Shown here one piece after another: positions 38,901-52,800 of a stretch of DNA of 64,000 bases; the stretch's first letter is position 1; every line of letters starts with the position of its first letter. Position numbers and translations under genes: made by a program. The stretch spans positions 39,432,001-39,496,000 of the forward strand of contig NC_092346.1 of the NCBI RefSeq assembly GCF_963676685.1, given 5' to 3'. The notes below the pieces were generated by a model. That model was not told where the DNA came from and did not search any database. It worked only from the letters and a program-made list of their open reading frames with translations. The stretch is from Mytilus edulis. Its lineage: Eukaryota.

Positions 38901-41900
38901 TTAGGTATGATTGATGTCAATAAGCTAATAATTATGCAAATTAGACAACTAATGGTTTCGGTAAAACTATAACTGACAAGATAAATCAAATTAAAAAAAA
39001 AATTATGCAAACTTTTCCATAAATACTTAGATATTTAATTTCTGACAAAAAGTAAAATAACATAAATACTGAACTCAAAACGGAAAGTTCGTCATCGAAT
39101 GGCAAAATCAAATGCTAAACACACCAAAGAATCGAACACAAATGTCTTTTCCTGACTTCGTACAGGCATTCTCAAATGTAGAAAATTGTGGATTGAACCT
39201 GGTTTATAGTGCTAAACCTCTCACTTGTAAAGGAATTTTTGTATTTCAACATACTTAGCTGTAATTACATGCTGTAACGCAAATGTATTTTATGAACGTT
39301 AACTTTCAGTTGAGAAAATATAAATGAATAAATATTTTTTCCTTAACATTTTTTTTCCTTTACATATATCTAATACATGATGCACACTTAGGCTTGTTTA
39401 GTTGATTTTCTTATATTTTATAGGAGGAAATACTATGAGTAAAATCATGGGACCGAAAACAGGATGTGGTAAATATATACAATAACATTATCTGATAAAT
39501 ACAGACTGCATGGTTCATCTGATTTCGACAGTATCTAATCGTATTTAATAGATGACCAAATTCATTCAAAATATCAGTTTTTGGAGGATAAAAAATTGTC
39601 TGACTGGGAAGCCAATTTTCTCAGAATTTCATAGCACGGCCATTTTAAAAATTGGTCTTTATCAAATAGGTTTCGTGTTTAGGTTTACCCAAGATTGGTA
39701 ATACAGATACCGTCAGAATTATCACTATTGTTGTTACTAGATTTGATATATAAAAAGTAAAATCACAAAAATACTGAACTTAGAGGAAAATCAAATCGGA
39801 AAGTCCATAATCACATGGCAAAATCAAATAACAAAACGCATCAAAAACGAATGGACAAGAACTGTCATATTCCTGACTTGGTACAGGCATTTTCAAATGT
39901 AGAAAATGGTGGATTAAACATGGTTTTATAGGGTTAATTCTCTCACTTTGATGACAGTCTCATCAAATTCCGTTATATTTACATTGATGCGTTAACTAAA
40001 CAGACACAATAAATAAAATGGTCAAAAGATGGGTACATCAGTCATCATAAATGTTACAGGTAAAAGTAATGGTGGCTTTGATCCTGGCTCCGTCAATATG
40101 CAACAAGCCAAGCTAGGAACCAGCTTAAACATGTTTGGCGGCGCTAAAGGAGGAGACCCAAGTAAAATGGATGCAAGTTCGTTAATGGGTGGATCCTCTG
40201 GAATGACGAGTGGAGCTAATTCAGTGATGACTCCAGGTGGAAGCAGTGGTGGGAGCACTGGGGCCAGTAGTGGAGGGGGAATGAATTTGAATCCAATGAA
40301 TATGATGAGCAGTATGACGGGAGGATCCGGAAGCGGAAGTGGGAGTGGTACGAATCCCATGAACGCAATTATGGGAGGAACATCTGCTACATCCAGAGGC
40401 GGAAGTAAGAGTTGATTTCTTAATATTCTAAAGGTTACAACTAAAAAAAGGAAATTTTTAAATGAATGTGTTTGCTTAATTTTCGCTCAATGCTTTGCGC
40501 TTTGGATTTTTCGGTATATTTTTATATGGTTGAATGATTATAAAATGCTTCATGCAGCTTGGTGTTGTAATAAGTCTTATAAAATATGCCTTGGCATTAT
40601 CTTTTCAATATTCAAATCTTTTATGCAGATATATTCCTTACTTGTTTTTGGTGCACATTAATAGTAAAAGAAAATGAAAAAAACAAACAAACAAAAAACA
40701 AAAAAACATCATAAACAGCAAAATAAGTAAACAGAGAATATAAAAAATAAAAGATAATGCCCCCTAAGTCATATGTTATAGGACTAGCTTGTTTTGTGGT
40801 TTGCAAACGCTTCTTTTAAAACTTTTCGACACTATTTATTATAGACAGTGGCTCTACAAGTCAAAGCGGAGGACAGACGGGTGGTAATCCGTTGGATCCT
40901 TTAGGGGCGATGATGGGTAGGTAGAACACTAATCTATATCAGCCGGTATCTGGCATATCAAATTGCAAAATATCAAATTGTCAGTTTGTATATAGGTTTT
41001 TGGTAAAATTGAATACGAGCAACATTAACATCAAATGTATACCATGGTGCAGTTGCCAGATAAAATTTAGTTTACTTATCTCTTTGTTTCAAAATAAATT
41101 TAAAGACCTAAATTCAAGTAATCTGTCAAAATATTGTCGTGTTAACAATTTTATGCATTTTTATGCATTTTTAATGCATTTTTATACTTATATATATTAT
41201 TTTCTAACTTATCTGTAACCTTTGTACTTGCATGGTTTTATGAGAATAAACTATCTATCTAACATTTGAACCACTTTATTTGAAAAAAAACCAACGTATT
41301 TTCGATTTTTTTAAAAGCTCTACCATGCCTCTCCACCTATTAACCAATTAACCATACGTTTTGTTGCAGCCCTGAACTTTTGAAACTTTCTATTTATCAA
41401 ATGACAGCTGTTATAGCAGATCATTGAAGTTTTATTTTCATTGAAATTTATAATTCTGTTTTATTTTCAATTCACCTTTACGCTTTATGACACTGGTTTT
41501 TTTTTGTATTTATTTTCATAGCACGAGGCTTGTTACGTATTAGATTCAACATCTTTTATTTTGTTTTATCTGATTGCATTTCTTTTGTAACAGGAGGTGC
41601 CCAGAGGTTTGCAGGAGGGAGTAATCTGATGGACCCCATGGGTTTTATGAATGGTAACTTAATGAAGATTGGCTTCACTCTGCTTGATTTTTTATAAATC
41701 TAAAATATATGCAAATTTGTTTACCCAAAAAAATATGATTCAAAGTCTTGTTTTGTTATAATTTCAGATCATTTATATTAAAGTATCACATATGTATACA
41801 TGTACTTGAAAGTTTACTATTAAACGTTTGCTGCATTGATACAAAACTATACCTTTGGCGCAATATCGTAAAAAAATTAGACCCTGCTTGCCTTGTTTGC

Positions 41901-43935
41901 CCCCAAAACTGATCTAAAACATATAAAACATCGGTTTGGTAAACAGTTTGAAAACCATGTGAGAAGACAATCTTTTGAAAATTTGAAGCAATCCTAAATC
42001 AGAGAAACAATTTATTGCTGTTCCTAATATACATATTTCTGATTGGTTTATGACAAAATCATATCGGATTATTTTCAAAAATACGTAAGCACACATCCAA
42101 CACAATTTTGTCCAACAAGTTATTCTTCATGCAACACCTGACATAGATTTAATTTTTAATCAATGAATGTTCTGTGTATTTCAGGAGGCGGACAAACTGG
42201 TAAATTTGGAAACCGGTTTTCCGTGCCGTTAACAGGTACGTACAATTTAACAATATCTGTTTACCATAGTTAAAATGTAAAAGATACAACATACTAAATA
42301 ATTGCATCGATAGATATAATATAATAATTAATTTTATAAATTATAACTTTAAACATGAAGAAGACGAAGTTTTATGGATTGCAAAAAAATACGGTTGCAC
42401 AATGAATATGCCACAACAATTGGAAATAAAAATTATTTTTATAAAACTGATAATTTTCAAGATACAAGATATCTCTATCTCGTTTTGCAGACGTTAACTT
42501 ATCAATATCGGGTTGATACTATATCGCCAGTGACGTAGCTCAGACAGGTGCAACTCGAATCCCAAGATGTCAACCAAGTTAATATTTTGTGTATATTTTG
42601 TTATTGCAGGAAGATCTTTGCAGACAGAAACGGGTAAGTAATCTTGTTTTATTCAAACATTTACAAATATATAGATTAAAAAAATTAAGAGTCTGCAGAT
42701 ACCAAGAGCCAATCAAAATCCATAAGTCGAAGTAAAACAGACGCACGGCTTAACGTTAAAACGACGTTAAAAAGAAAATACATAACAAATTGACTTAAAT
42801 AGATTTGGATCGTTTTTATAAAATGTTAACAAAATTAAAAAAAAATTAATTTAAATGTAATTATTAAGAATGGAAAAGGGGAATGAACCACATAATTTAC
42901 AGGATAATTTCATTTGACACATAACAGTTTGGCAAACACTAATTAGGATTATTGAGAAACTTGTTTTTGCCTTAGGTGTATTTAACCTTTTAAAACATAC
43001 TACAGCCCACACAACACATGACAGACGTATTTGATTAAATTGAAAATAAACTCGTCATAGATACAAGTATTAAAATTCTATATTTGCGCAAGATGCGCTT
43101 TTCGTCTACTAAATACTCATCATTAAAAAGTCAATTACAGTTCGAAGTTGAAGAGCATCGAGAACTAAAGTTTCCTTAACATTTGCCAAATACAGCTAAG
43201 TTAATCCATTCCTGAGTTAAAAAAGCATTTATATTTCAAAAATTCGAAATTTCGTAAACAGTTAATTCATAACTATGACCATATCAATGACAATTCATTT
43301 CAACACATGAATGCTGACTACTGGGCTGGTGATACCCTCGGGGAATAAAAAATCTCCACCAGTAGTGGCTTCGACCCAGTGGTTGTAAATAAACTCATCA
43401 AAGATACTGGGATCAAAATTTATATTTGCGCCAAACGCGCGTTTCGTCTTCAAAAGAATCACCAGTGACACTCGAATAAAAAAATGTAAAAAAACCAAAT
43501 AAAATACGAAGTTGAAAAGCATTGAGGACCAAAATTCCTCCAAGTTTTGCAAAATACAACTAAGGTTATTCATTCATGAGTTAGAAAAGCCTTAGTATTT
43601 CAAAAATTCTAAGTTTTGTAAACAGTTAATTTTATTATAACCATACCAATGACAATTAATGTCTACACAGGAGTGCTGACTACTGGGCTGGTGAACCCCA
43701 CGGGGAATCAGTTGATAAACCGACTTTGAATATCAATAAGAAAATACTGCTATACAAGAAGATAAATATAGACTAAATTTGCATTATGTGATAAACTGCA
43801 AATTTATAAATAGAATACCTTTAATAGAATATCTGAAACAATAAAAGTCAACAATCACCATTACCATTACTTTTCTTTCTAGGGAAGGGTAGTTCCCTGA
43901 TGTTGGCTAGAATTTTACAACACTCAGCACCGTAA
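35918..43935 (+). CDS. G5: secreted ~663-aa Gly/Ser/Gln/Met-rich FNPN-repeat protein with a micro-exon tail
   Basis: Candidate exon1 35918-35987 (MYTPKPVCWWYVVMVSLILLLRN, G|gtatgt). Further exons 37633-38904, 39424-39468, 40060-40404, 40845-40916, 41594-41653, 42185-42235, 42610-42633 and 43883-43935 (...LARILQHSAP*, AATAAA at 43959). All introns GT-AG and phase 1. Confidence 0.82.
43044..43710 (-). mobile_element. Tandem ~343-bp retrozyme-like repeat (about 2 units) with degenerate hammerhead cores, inside the last intron of G5
   Basis: AAATAAACTC recurs at 43044 and 43387. Each unit has the HHR-like GTTTCGTC...TCA(T/C)CAG segment; the second copy reads CUGGUGA...GAAACGCGCGUU on the minus strand. 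Confidence 0.75.
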
Positions 43936-45038
43936 CAACATTTGGTATAAGTAACAGAAATAAAGTGTTATTTATACATTAACTTTTGCATATTGTAACA
44001 CATAGTTGCAGCCAATTCAGGGAATATTTTTTATGTTATGTACTGAAATGTCATTACTTCGATCCAAATAGTTCAACAAAAATAAAATGTTATTACACAT
44101 TCTTGTTTGCGTATCATAAAACATAATTTGAAATTGCCTGTACCATTTCAGGAATATGACATTGTTGTCCATTCGTTTGATGTGTTTTGTTGTTTGATTT
44201 TGTCATTTGATATGGGACTTTCCGTTTTGAATTTTCCTCCGAGTTCAGTATTTTTGTGATATTACTTTTTGCTGCCAATTTGCCGAGTGTGTGTATGTTC
44301 TATTCTAAAATTCTATAATTTCTGTATAAGAGTCGAATGTATGAGTCTCTACCGGGGTTTGTATGTATGAGTCTCAACCGGGGTTTGTTTGTATGTGCGA
44401 TTGGTTACATTAGTTTATTTTACTCACGTAATTGGAAACGTTATGTAAATAGAAATTAAACTGTTGACTTCTTTTACTTTATTGTTTGAATACCATTTAT
44501 GAGTCATTTATATGATAGCCATTTTCATTATCTTGTGAATATGTCATTTCCTAAAACACTTATCTGAGGCGTCGGGTGCGATTTGCTAAAGATACTAACT
44601 TTTCTGGCGTCTTTGATATTTCCCAATGCCACAAATTGTATGTTTATGTTTATTGTATCATTCAAGACCTGGATTTGGAAACATAACGAACCCAGAAGTT
44701 ACTGTCTTGACACTAACTATAATTCTAAACATACAAAATACGCAATTAACTAATTTTTTACCAAAAAAAAACAACCAAAACTATTGTTCACTTTACTTCA
44801 GCTAGGTCAATTCCGACCTGATTGTCTGTGGCAAAAATCCAGACAAGTGCTTCAGACGTAGCAAAACCTTTGATATGTTATTCTTTGATAAGTCAAAAAG
44901 CCTAAAAAATCATTGAAGAAAAATCGAATACCCAATGTATACAAAGAGGTCGTCATGAATTTGTTTCCTTGAATGTGTGTAAGAATTGTATGAATGTAAC
45001 ATATATAGTTATCAAAAGTACCAGGATTATAATTTAGT

Positions 45039-45082
45039 ACGCCAGACGCGCGTTTCGTCTACATAAGACTCATCAGTGACGC
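45039..45082 (-). ncRNA. Minimal type I hammerhead ribozyme (intact core)
   Basis: Minus strand reads GCGUCA-CUGAUGA-GUCU(UAUGU)AGAC-GAAA-CGCGCG-UC^UGGCGU: stem I, stem II and palindromic stem III are all present. Confidence 0.85.
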
Positions 45083-46899
45083 TCTTATCAAAATATTTAT
45101 AAAGCCAAACAAGTACAAAGTTGAAGAGCATTGAGGATCCAAAATTCCAAAAAGTTGTGTCAAATACGGCTAAGGTAATATATGTGGAGAACATATAATT
45201 AGAACGCAACTGAACGATACAAATAACATGCACAGGGAAAATTTCAGAATTAATATGCGTCTTGATAATAAATCAAGTTTTAAATGATATCATGGTCTTA
45301 AATTTTCAATGATTTATAAGCAGAGTGTATCAACACTTAATTCTACAAATGAGAAAAGTAAGTTCTAAAAAAGAGACAACTGCAGACGAAGTTGAAGCAC
45401 ATGAAGCTACGGCTTGGTTAGACCAGTTTATATCTCAATATATTCAATCTCGATTGGTGCTATACCAGCAGTTACAGAGAAACATACTAAAGAAAACTAA
45501 TACAGGAAGCAAATTAAAATCAATAATAATGTTTTAACTGGTAGAAAACCACAAGTACAAAAATGAACAAAAATAAAAACTGAATAAACATCTCTCGATG
45601 GTTTAAAACCAACGCATAAAAACTCAATTGGCATAAAACCACATGTACAAAAATAAAACAAAAATTAATATAAAAACTAAATAAATACCTGGCGATGGTT
45701 TAAAACCAGCACATAAACACTCTGCAAAAAACCTCATCATCTTATACACTTGTTTTGGTGTCTGTTAACACTCGAGTAGGTTTCATACAGCTAGAGTCAT
45801 AAACAGAATGATTAGGTCATGTCCAGAACACCCCGTATATTATTTAATGAAGTGAAAACAAAATATCAAAGAAACTGTCTGTTCTTGCTTAGACGAGAAA
45901 AGTTTCATAAAAAAAATATGGTAGCCTAATTTCAAAACTGCTCTAATAAATCGAAATCAAGAACACGTTTGTTAATGTTCAAATATACTCCGTTGAAAAA
46001 GAAACGCATACTTGATTTTTTAAGATTTTAATACACGTATTTTGAATGGAAACTTTACAAGTCGTTATTCAAGAACTTGCAGCTGCTACTCAGACCTTTT
46101 TTAAACGTTTCTGGTGTCTGAGCAGAAAGTTGGTGAACCAGGATTATGTCAAAGAACGTCTCATCCTTTTTCTAAAAAAGAGTTCATCAGAAGACACATA
46201 GACCTTGCTGATAACTATTCTACATCAACTTCATAAATAATACTCATTGGTCTGGAAGTATAGATTCTACATACTGATGTTGGTTTATCATCTGAATGAC
46301 GTGTACTATTATTTTTTTATATATAAATCTTTGTAATTTATTACTTTGACTGTTTTGGTAAACTTTTGTTAATATCCGTCGGATGAGGCTCGTCCCGTTA
46401 TTAAGTTATTGTGCTATGGTTATTTTGTGTATTCTTGTCTTTCGCTTTTGCTATTGTGCTTTGTCTATATGCCTTTTTTGTGTGTTTTTATTGACATTTT
46501 TGTTTGTTTTAAAGTGATTACGATTATAACACAATGTTGACTGATGTACCTCTATTTTTTTTACATTTTTACCTATTGTGTCTGTTTGTTTTGTTTACAC
46601 ATTGTTATCAATATAATAGAATTTTATGCAACTGTAATACAAAGTGAGAAGTTTAGCTTGCTATAAATTTAGGTTTAATCCACTCTTTTTTTACATAAAA
46701 TCATGAATTTACTAAGTCAGGAGTATGACAGATATTATCCATTCTTTTGATGTGTTTGTACTTTTTGTTTTTGCCATTTGATAAGGGACTTGCCGTTATG
46801 AATTTTCCTCGGAGTTCGGTATTTTTGTTATTTTACTTTTTGAATGAGAAGGGGACGGTCAATATATCCCAATCAGAGTTACTTCAGATGCCATTACAG

Positions 46900-47760
46900 G
46901 TAGTACCATGTATGACTACCTCTCGCTGCTAACACTGCTATGCATATCTACGGCATGGATGTAATCAATGTTCTAACGTTATTGCGTGGAATTGCTCGCC
47001 ATTCCTGTTGCAACATTTGTCGGAGCTGATCAAGGGCATTGCATTGTTCTGCTGTAATAACTACCTCTTTTGGTCAGGTTAGGTTGGAAAATTTCGTCTC
47101 TGTACCTTTGAGCCGATAAATTACCCTGAACATGTATCATTTCCGTTTTATATATAGAGATTAGAGATAGCCATCCACATCATGACACCTCCTCCACTGA
47201 GGCTGTCCAAATCTTGGATACACGAAAGAGGAAATGGTTCAAACATGTGCCAGTAGTCACGAGTTCTGCTTTCACGTTTCAGAATCATATTAAAGAAATC
47301 ATTACTGAACAATACTCCGTGCCAGTTGCCCTGTCCCTTGATATGTTGCACCATTATACTCTGTTCCCTCTGTGTAACGGCCTCAAAACTGGTTCAAAAT
47401 GTGACCTCCTGCGTCCAATGTCATGCTGTCGCAGTCGATTGCGAACTGTTTGTGAGCTGATTCTTCAATCCTGGTATCCTTACTGCAGTGGCTGTTTCGG
47501 CAACGGTTCAATTCCATAGATGAAATACCCGAAATTATTGATTTTTTCTTGTAGTCGTTTGGCGAGGTCGTCCACACCTCGGGTGGTCATTGGTACAGCC
47601 AGTCTGTTGATATCTGTTCCAACGTCACATAATTGTGCTCTAGTTAGCTTTTTCAGCTCTGGCTTCTTCACGTTCGGACACTCCGGCTCTACCTTGACAT
47701 TGCAGCGTTTTAACGTTGTGATGAGTTACTCGGGTTTTATATGCATAAAAGTGTAACAAA
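46900..47760 (-). pseudogene. Tc1/mariner (Tc1-type) transposase relic
   Basis: Minus-strand fragments RISSQTVRNRLRQHDIGRRR..PVLRPLHR, WHGVLFSND..GGGVMMW and LDQLRQMLQQEWRAIPRNNVRTLITSMP*ICIAVLAARGSHTWY match Tc1 N-terminal, DDE and C-terminal signatures; broken by stops and frameshifts. Confidence 0.85.
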
Positions 47761-49841
47761 TGACAACAAGCTTTTATGAAAAACATTGGCAGAATTTCGC
47801 GGCGTAAAAGGTCATATACACTTTTAGCGAGTCGCAAATGTCATGTGCCAGAGAGCCAAATAAAAAAACCGGACATTTAAAGTTAACAAATTACCTATTA
47901 TAATTTGAAGATGCAATTGACCGTTCATTGTACCATGTAAAATATATTTTTTTCTATTTGAAAAATTCATCCAAAGTATGCGTTTCTTTTTTAACAAATT
48001 ATTTTGTAATACAGGCATTTTTTCATGCATATTAGTACTGTGACAGATTAAGTTGAGTTCCTAGAATATTTCGTAATCTTAACCTTATTAACGTTCTAAT
48101 ATGATAAAGACACAAAACACACTGAGCACAACTGGTCGTGCGTATTAAGGGAGGGATGCTGATCGTCAAACAGTTTTTAATTTGCCGAATGTTTTTCTTA
48201 AACTATGACATATTATCCCGTTGTCAGTTAACTGCTGTAATTCTGAAAAGCCATAATAAAAAATTGTGATCGTCAGGAAGAAAAGAATCTCAATATAAAT
48301 TTTATGGAACGGGGTTTGTAACGTAAACGACAAATTAACAAATGGTCAACCATTTAATTAAAATTGCCCAAAGTAAATTTATTAAACCATCGAAACTCAA
48401 AGTCAAACTCTATTAATTTAGTGTCTTCTTTTATGACAGAAATAAAGCAAATACAATTGATTGTGTATTACCAGTGTATGTATTAATTACTGTGGATTCA
48501 TTTCAACTCGTTTGATACCAGTTTTCTTTAATTTCGTGGATTCAGTTTAACGACCGGCAAAATTTTCTATGGACATCGGAAAAAAACACCAAACTAAGTA
48601 TCCACGAACATTTAAGTTTTTTTTAATCCACTAAAATTTGTACCCACTTAAAAGTAATCTTAGCATCACTGAAGGTACATTGCTTGTTCAAATGCACATC
48701 TGGTGCAGAAAAATGGTACTGTTTGTATAATTAGTAAATGTGAAGCCTTGTCTTCCGGCTACTAGCTGCTGACGAATATACTCTCTGTTAACGGCGGTAA
48801 TTCAAATTGAGCTTTTATCTGTAAATATAGAATGAAGGACTTTCGATTTTTTTCGAAATACAAAAGATTTTATCTATTTAGCAAAGAACTTAAACGTTAT
48901 GTCAAAACAAGTTATAACAATGAGAAAAAAGGTAATGTATAGATTGCATTTTTGAATGCAGATTTGCTTGATTGTGTTTGCGGAAGATATTTTAAATAGA
49001 AATCCGTCGGAAAATACATAGACGAAAAAGTTAAAAGTCAACGAGACACGTGTACAGTTGTATTCAACAGCATAATATACATCAGTAAAAGTTTGGTTTG
49101 TTAAAATTATGTGTTTCATGACCGATTTACTGACTATTTCATGAGGTAAATGAAATTGAACGAAACACAACGTAAAGGAAGATATAGAGATTATTACCAA
49201 TAGTAGTGTATTGAGAACTGTTTTCATAAGTGAAATCAAAGTTCAACTGATTATTCGAATATTTTCTATATATACTGCTAGTGTAATATCATTCCTTAAC
49301 AGAATATTTGACAAATTTACTATTTTTTTCAAGTATTATCCTTCGGCTCCACCGTTTGAAATCATCCCTTTTCCCAAACCGTAAAAGGTGACCTTTTTAA
49401 ATATTAGCTTTCAATTCCTGTGTGTATGCAATGTAAAAACATTGACAGAAAGGACTATGCCATTAACGGAGTCTACCTTTCTAAATCTGTTAAAGAGAGA
49501 CGAAAGAACCCAAAAAGACAGTGAACATAAACTGACAACGCCATGGCAAAAAAGAAGAAAAATACCAAAAAAGACAAACAACAGTACATAAACGACAACA
49601 TAGAAAACTGTCGAATGGGCCACATAAAACCCCACTAAAAACTGGGGTGATCTCAATTATTTCAAAACTAGTATAGACTAAGACAAACGATTAAAAGGCT
49701 TTTTCCTAGATGAATATTTAGTTTTACTCTTAGTTGATATATATTGACTATTATTCGATATAAATTCAATTGGGCGAATTAAAAGAAGTTCTCAAGATCT
49801 GAACATATTTGACTTTTTATAAATATTTTGTCTTTTTGTAG

Positions 49842-52800
49842 CGTTCGTTCCAGGAGATCTTGGATTTTTAGGAAAATTTGATCCAAACAAATACTTTCAA
49901 AACTGTAAGTAGTATTCATGTAATATTATTTTATCAATCTTTAGTCAGTCTGTTCAAATTTCAGTTGAATATTTCTGATACTTTACAATTTCGGTTTACA
50001 AATATGACTTTTTTTTAATTCTTTATAGATAGGAAGATTTCATATTTAAAAAAAACATCTTCATTATAATAGAAAGGAGGTGCATTGAATAACAACCTGT
50101 GTTTTGCTATTTAAAACTAATACATTTCCCCCATTTCAGCAATAAATAACAAGAAAGCTTGGAAACAGACCTGGGATGGTTCTTGGCCAAACAAAGGTAA
50201 GACAAAACTATAATAAGACAATTAATTGTGAAGATGTTTTCGATTTATGAGTTTGACTGTCCCTCTGGTATCTTTCGTCCCTCTCTTAAATGATAATAAA
50301 ATTTTGTAGTATTTTGTTATTTGTACGAGAAAACGTGTATGCTTAACCAATCTCTCTCAGCTAAAAAAAAACCCTCATCAAATATACCAGACCTGTAAAT
50401 TTGTGCGCTACACGTGCGTTCCTTCTACAAAAGATACTTCAGTGACGCTCAAATAAAACAAGTTTAAAGCCTAAATAGAGTACGAAGATGAAGAAATTTG
50501 ATGATCCAAAATTCTGAAGGCTTAAAGACATTTGTTCATGCCGCCATTATCATAGACAATAATTTAAATCCACCGCAGTTTATCGATGTTCAAATCTCAT
50601 TATCGATTAAGAATCGACATAAACGGATCAATTAGTTGCGTTGGGAAGAAATAAGCTTATCAAAAATTGAAAACAACACGTTTAACAAGCATTAGCCTTT
50701 CAAAAAGGGCTAATCGACTCTTAGCTGATGAAAATGGAAAGTGCTCTCGATTTGTAGATTAATTCATTTACTAGAATAGCCACGTGAATCAATCAAATTT
50801 TTTTACCACACACGTGATGTCACACGTTATGAAGTAGTATATATATATATCGTTTAACGTTGTTGTTTACGAAACTCCAGAAGATTCGACTATTTATAGA
50901 TAAAGGTTACCTGTGTACCAATATCATGAATATGCATGATTGATGACCAGTCAAAATCTAATTGCTAAAATAGAGAGGACAAATCCGATACTCTACGGGA
51001 TTGAAAGACATTTACTGGGTTTGGATTGTCCTAACCAATCAATAAACTTTGATTATTCACGTCTCGTAATTTCTTCCAACCAGGTAGCAAGAAAAATTCA
51101 CGCACTAACTGTCCATCGTTCAATTCTTAATCTCGACTCCTAGGAGTCGATAATAATCTCTTGCGTCCGAAGCGCTTTTCTAGATTTACCTTCATCAGGA
51201 ACACTCAAAGCCAAACATTTGAAATCCGAAGATGTATAAGTACCGAAACCGTTGAAGAGCTATATGTCAAAAAAAATAAATAAATAGCCAAATCAATCTC
51301 AAGACAACTTTGCCTGAGGGAGTTGAAACCTTGGTTTCTTAATAATTTCAAAATGTATAAACGGACAATTTTAGTAAAGTTTGTTAAATCATGCCAATAC
51401 CGAAGTACTGACTACTGAGCTGATGATACCATCGGGGACTGATAGTCCACCAGCAGAGGTATCAACCCAGTGATGTAAACAATTGAAAGCAACACGTTTA
51501 ATAATTTATTGCCTCCGAATCAAATCAAATTTTAGTTCTCTCTATGATAATGATAATAACAGTGATATTAATAACTTTGAGATGTATAATTCTATTTTAT
51601 GCTGCTGCTTATGTATTCAAGAAGTTCAAGACTGTTATAATTCGTCAAATTTAATCATATCTTTGAGATTTTTCTACACAAAGTATCATTCTCAGGTGGA
51701 AGCCAAAACGAACTGACGACGACTAAAGCAACGCCATCAGAAGTGGATATAGAATCGGGTTTAGGGAATACAGATATTAAGGAAGGATTAGTTCAAGCTG
51801 CTCAAGGGAACAATAACCACCATGGTATGTTCTTTTGTTGTCAATATGATGTATGTTCTTGTAAAAAATTCATTGTTTGAGTCTAGCATGTCCAGATTTA
51901 ACATCTATATCAATACCGAGAAGATTTGCGTGATTGCACCTTTCCCGTCAGAAAAAAATTATGAGAACATGCACTTCAGGCCACTCAATAAATACTATTA
52001 GTTTACAAAATATGTAGTGAAATTCAGTATAATTGTATATAATTTAAACACAGTACGATTTTGACACAGTGATGTATAAATCCACACGTGTGCAATGTCT
52101 GATGGATTTTTAAACATATGAATATAATTGACATATATATGTCGAAAGAAATTTGAAAATTAAGAAACTCCATTAAATCTTATGCTAACTTTTATTATGC
52201 ATTCTAGAGGAGAAGGATAAAGTAAAGACATGGGACGGATCTTGGCCAGGTATTTATATGTAAATTAGATATGTCATCACAAATATAAACCACACACGAA
52301 AAAAAAGCCGAACAATAACTGTCGTAAAATTGTTAAATATGGGTGTTTACAGAAGGCACGGATCTATTTCATAATTTCGATAACGTATTGTGAAAATGAG
52401 ATGATGACAGCCCCTTGGGATGGAAACTCTTTGCTTGGATAAACAAATTGAGGACATTGTTCATGTGTAAGACATTATTTTTTGTTAAAAAAGATTCTGA
52501 TAAAAAAATTTGAATGAAAGAAATATTAACTACAATATCAAAGAAAATACTAATAGTTTTGGTTTAATTTTGATATTATATTGAACTTATACTTGTACAA
52601 ACAATATTGTAGACTTATTTTTAAATTTTTATTTCTTTGTCCCAGGCGGTTATACAGCAAAGTCCTGGGCTGGAGCGTGGAAACAGGAAAAATCTGGTAT
52701 ATTGATAATTAACATTTATTTTGTTGAATTTATAAAATAGTATTGTCGGAATAAATTAACGACTATGAATTGAATATAAAAAGTGCGGGAAGACTACTAG

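Noticed and set aside
48874-49239. 121-aa hydrophobic minus-strand ORF
   Set aside because: AT-rich codon artefact with no recognisable motif; only the N-terminus is signal-like.
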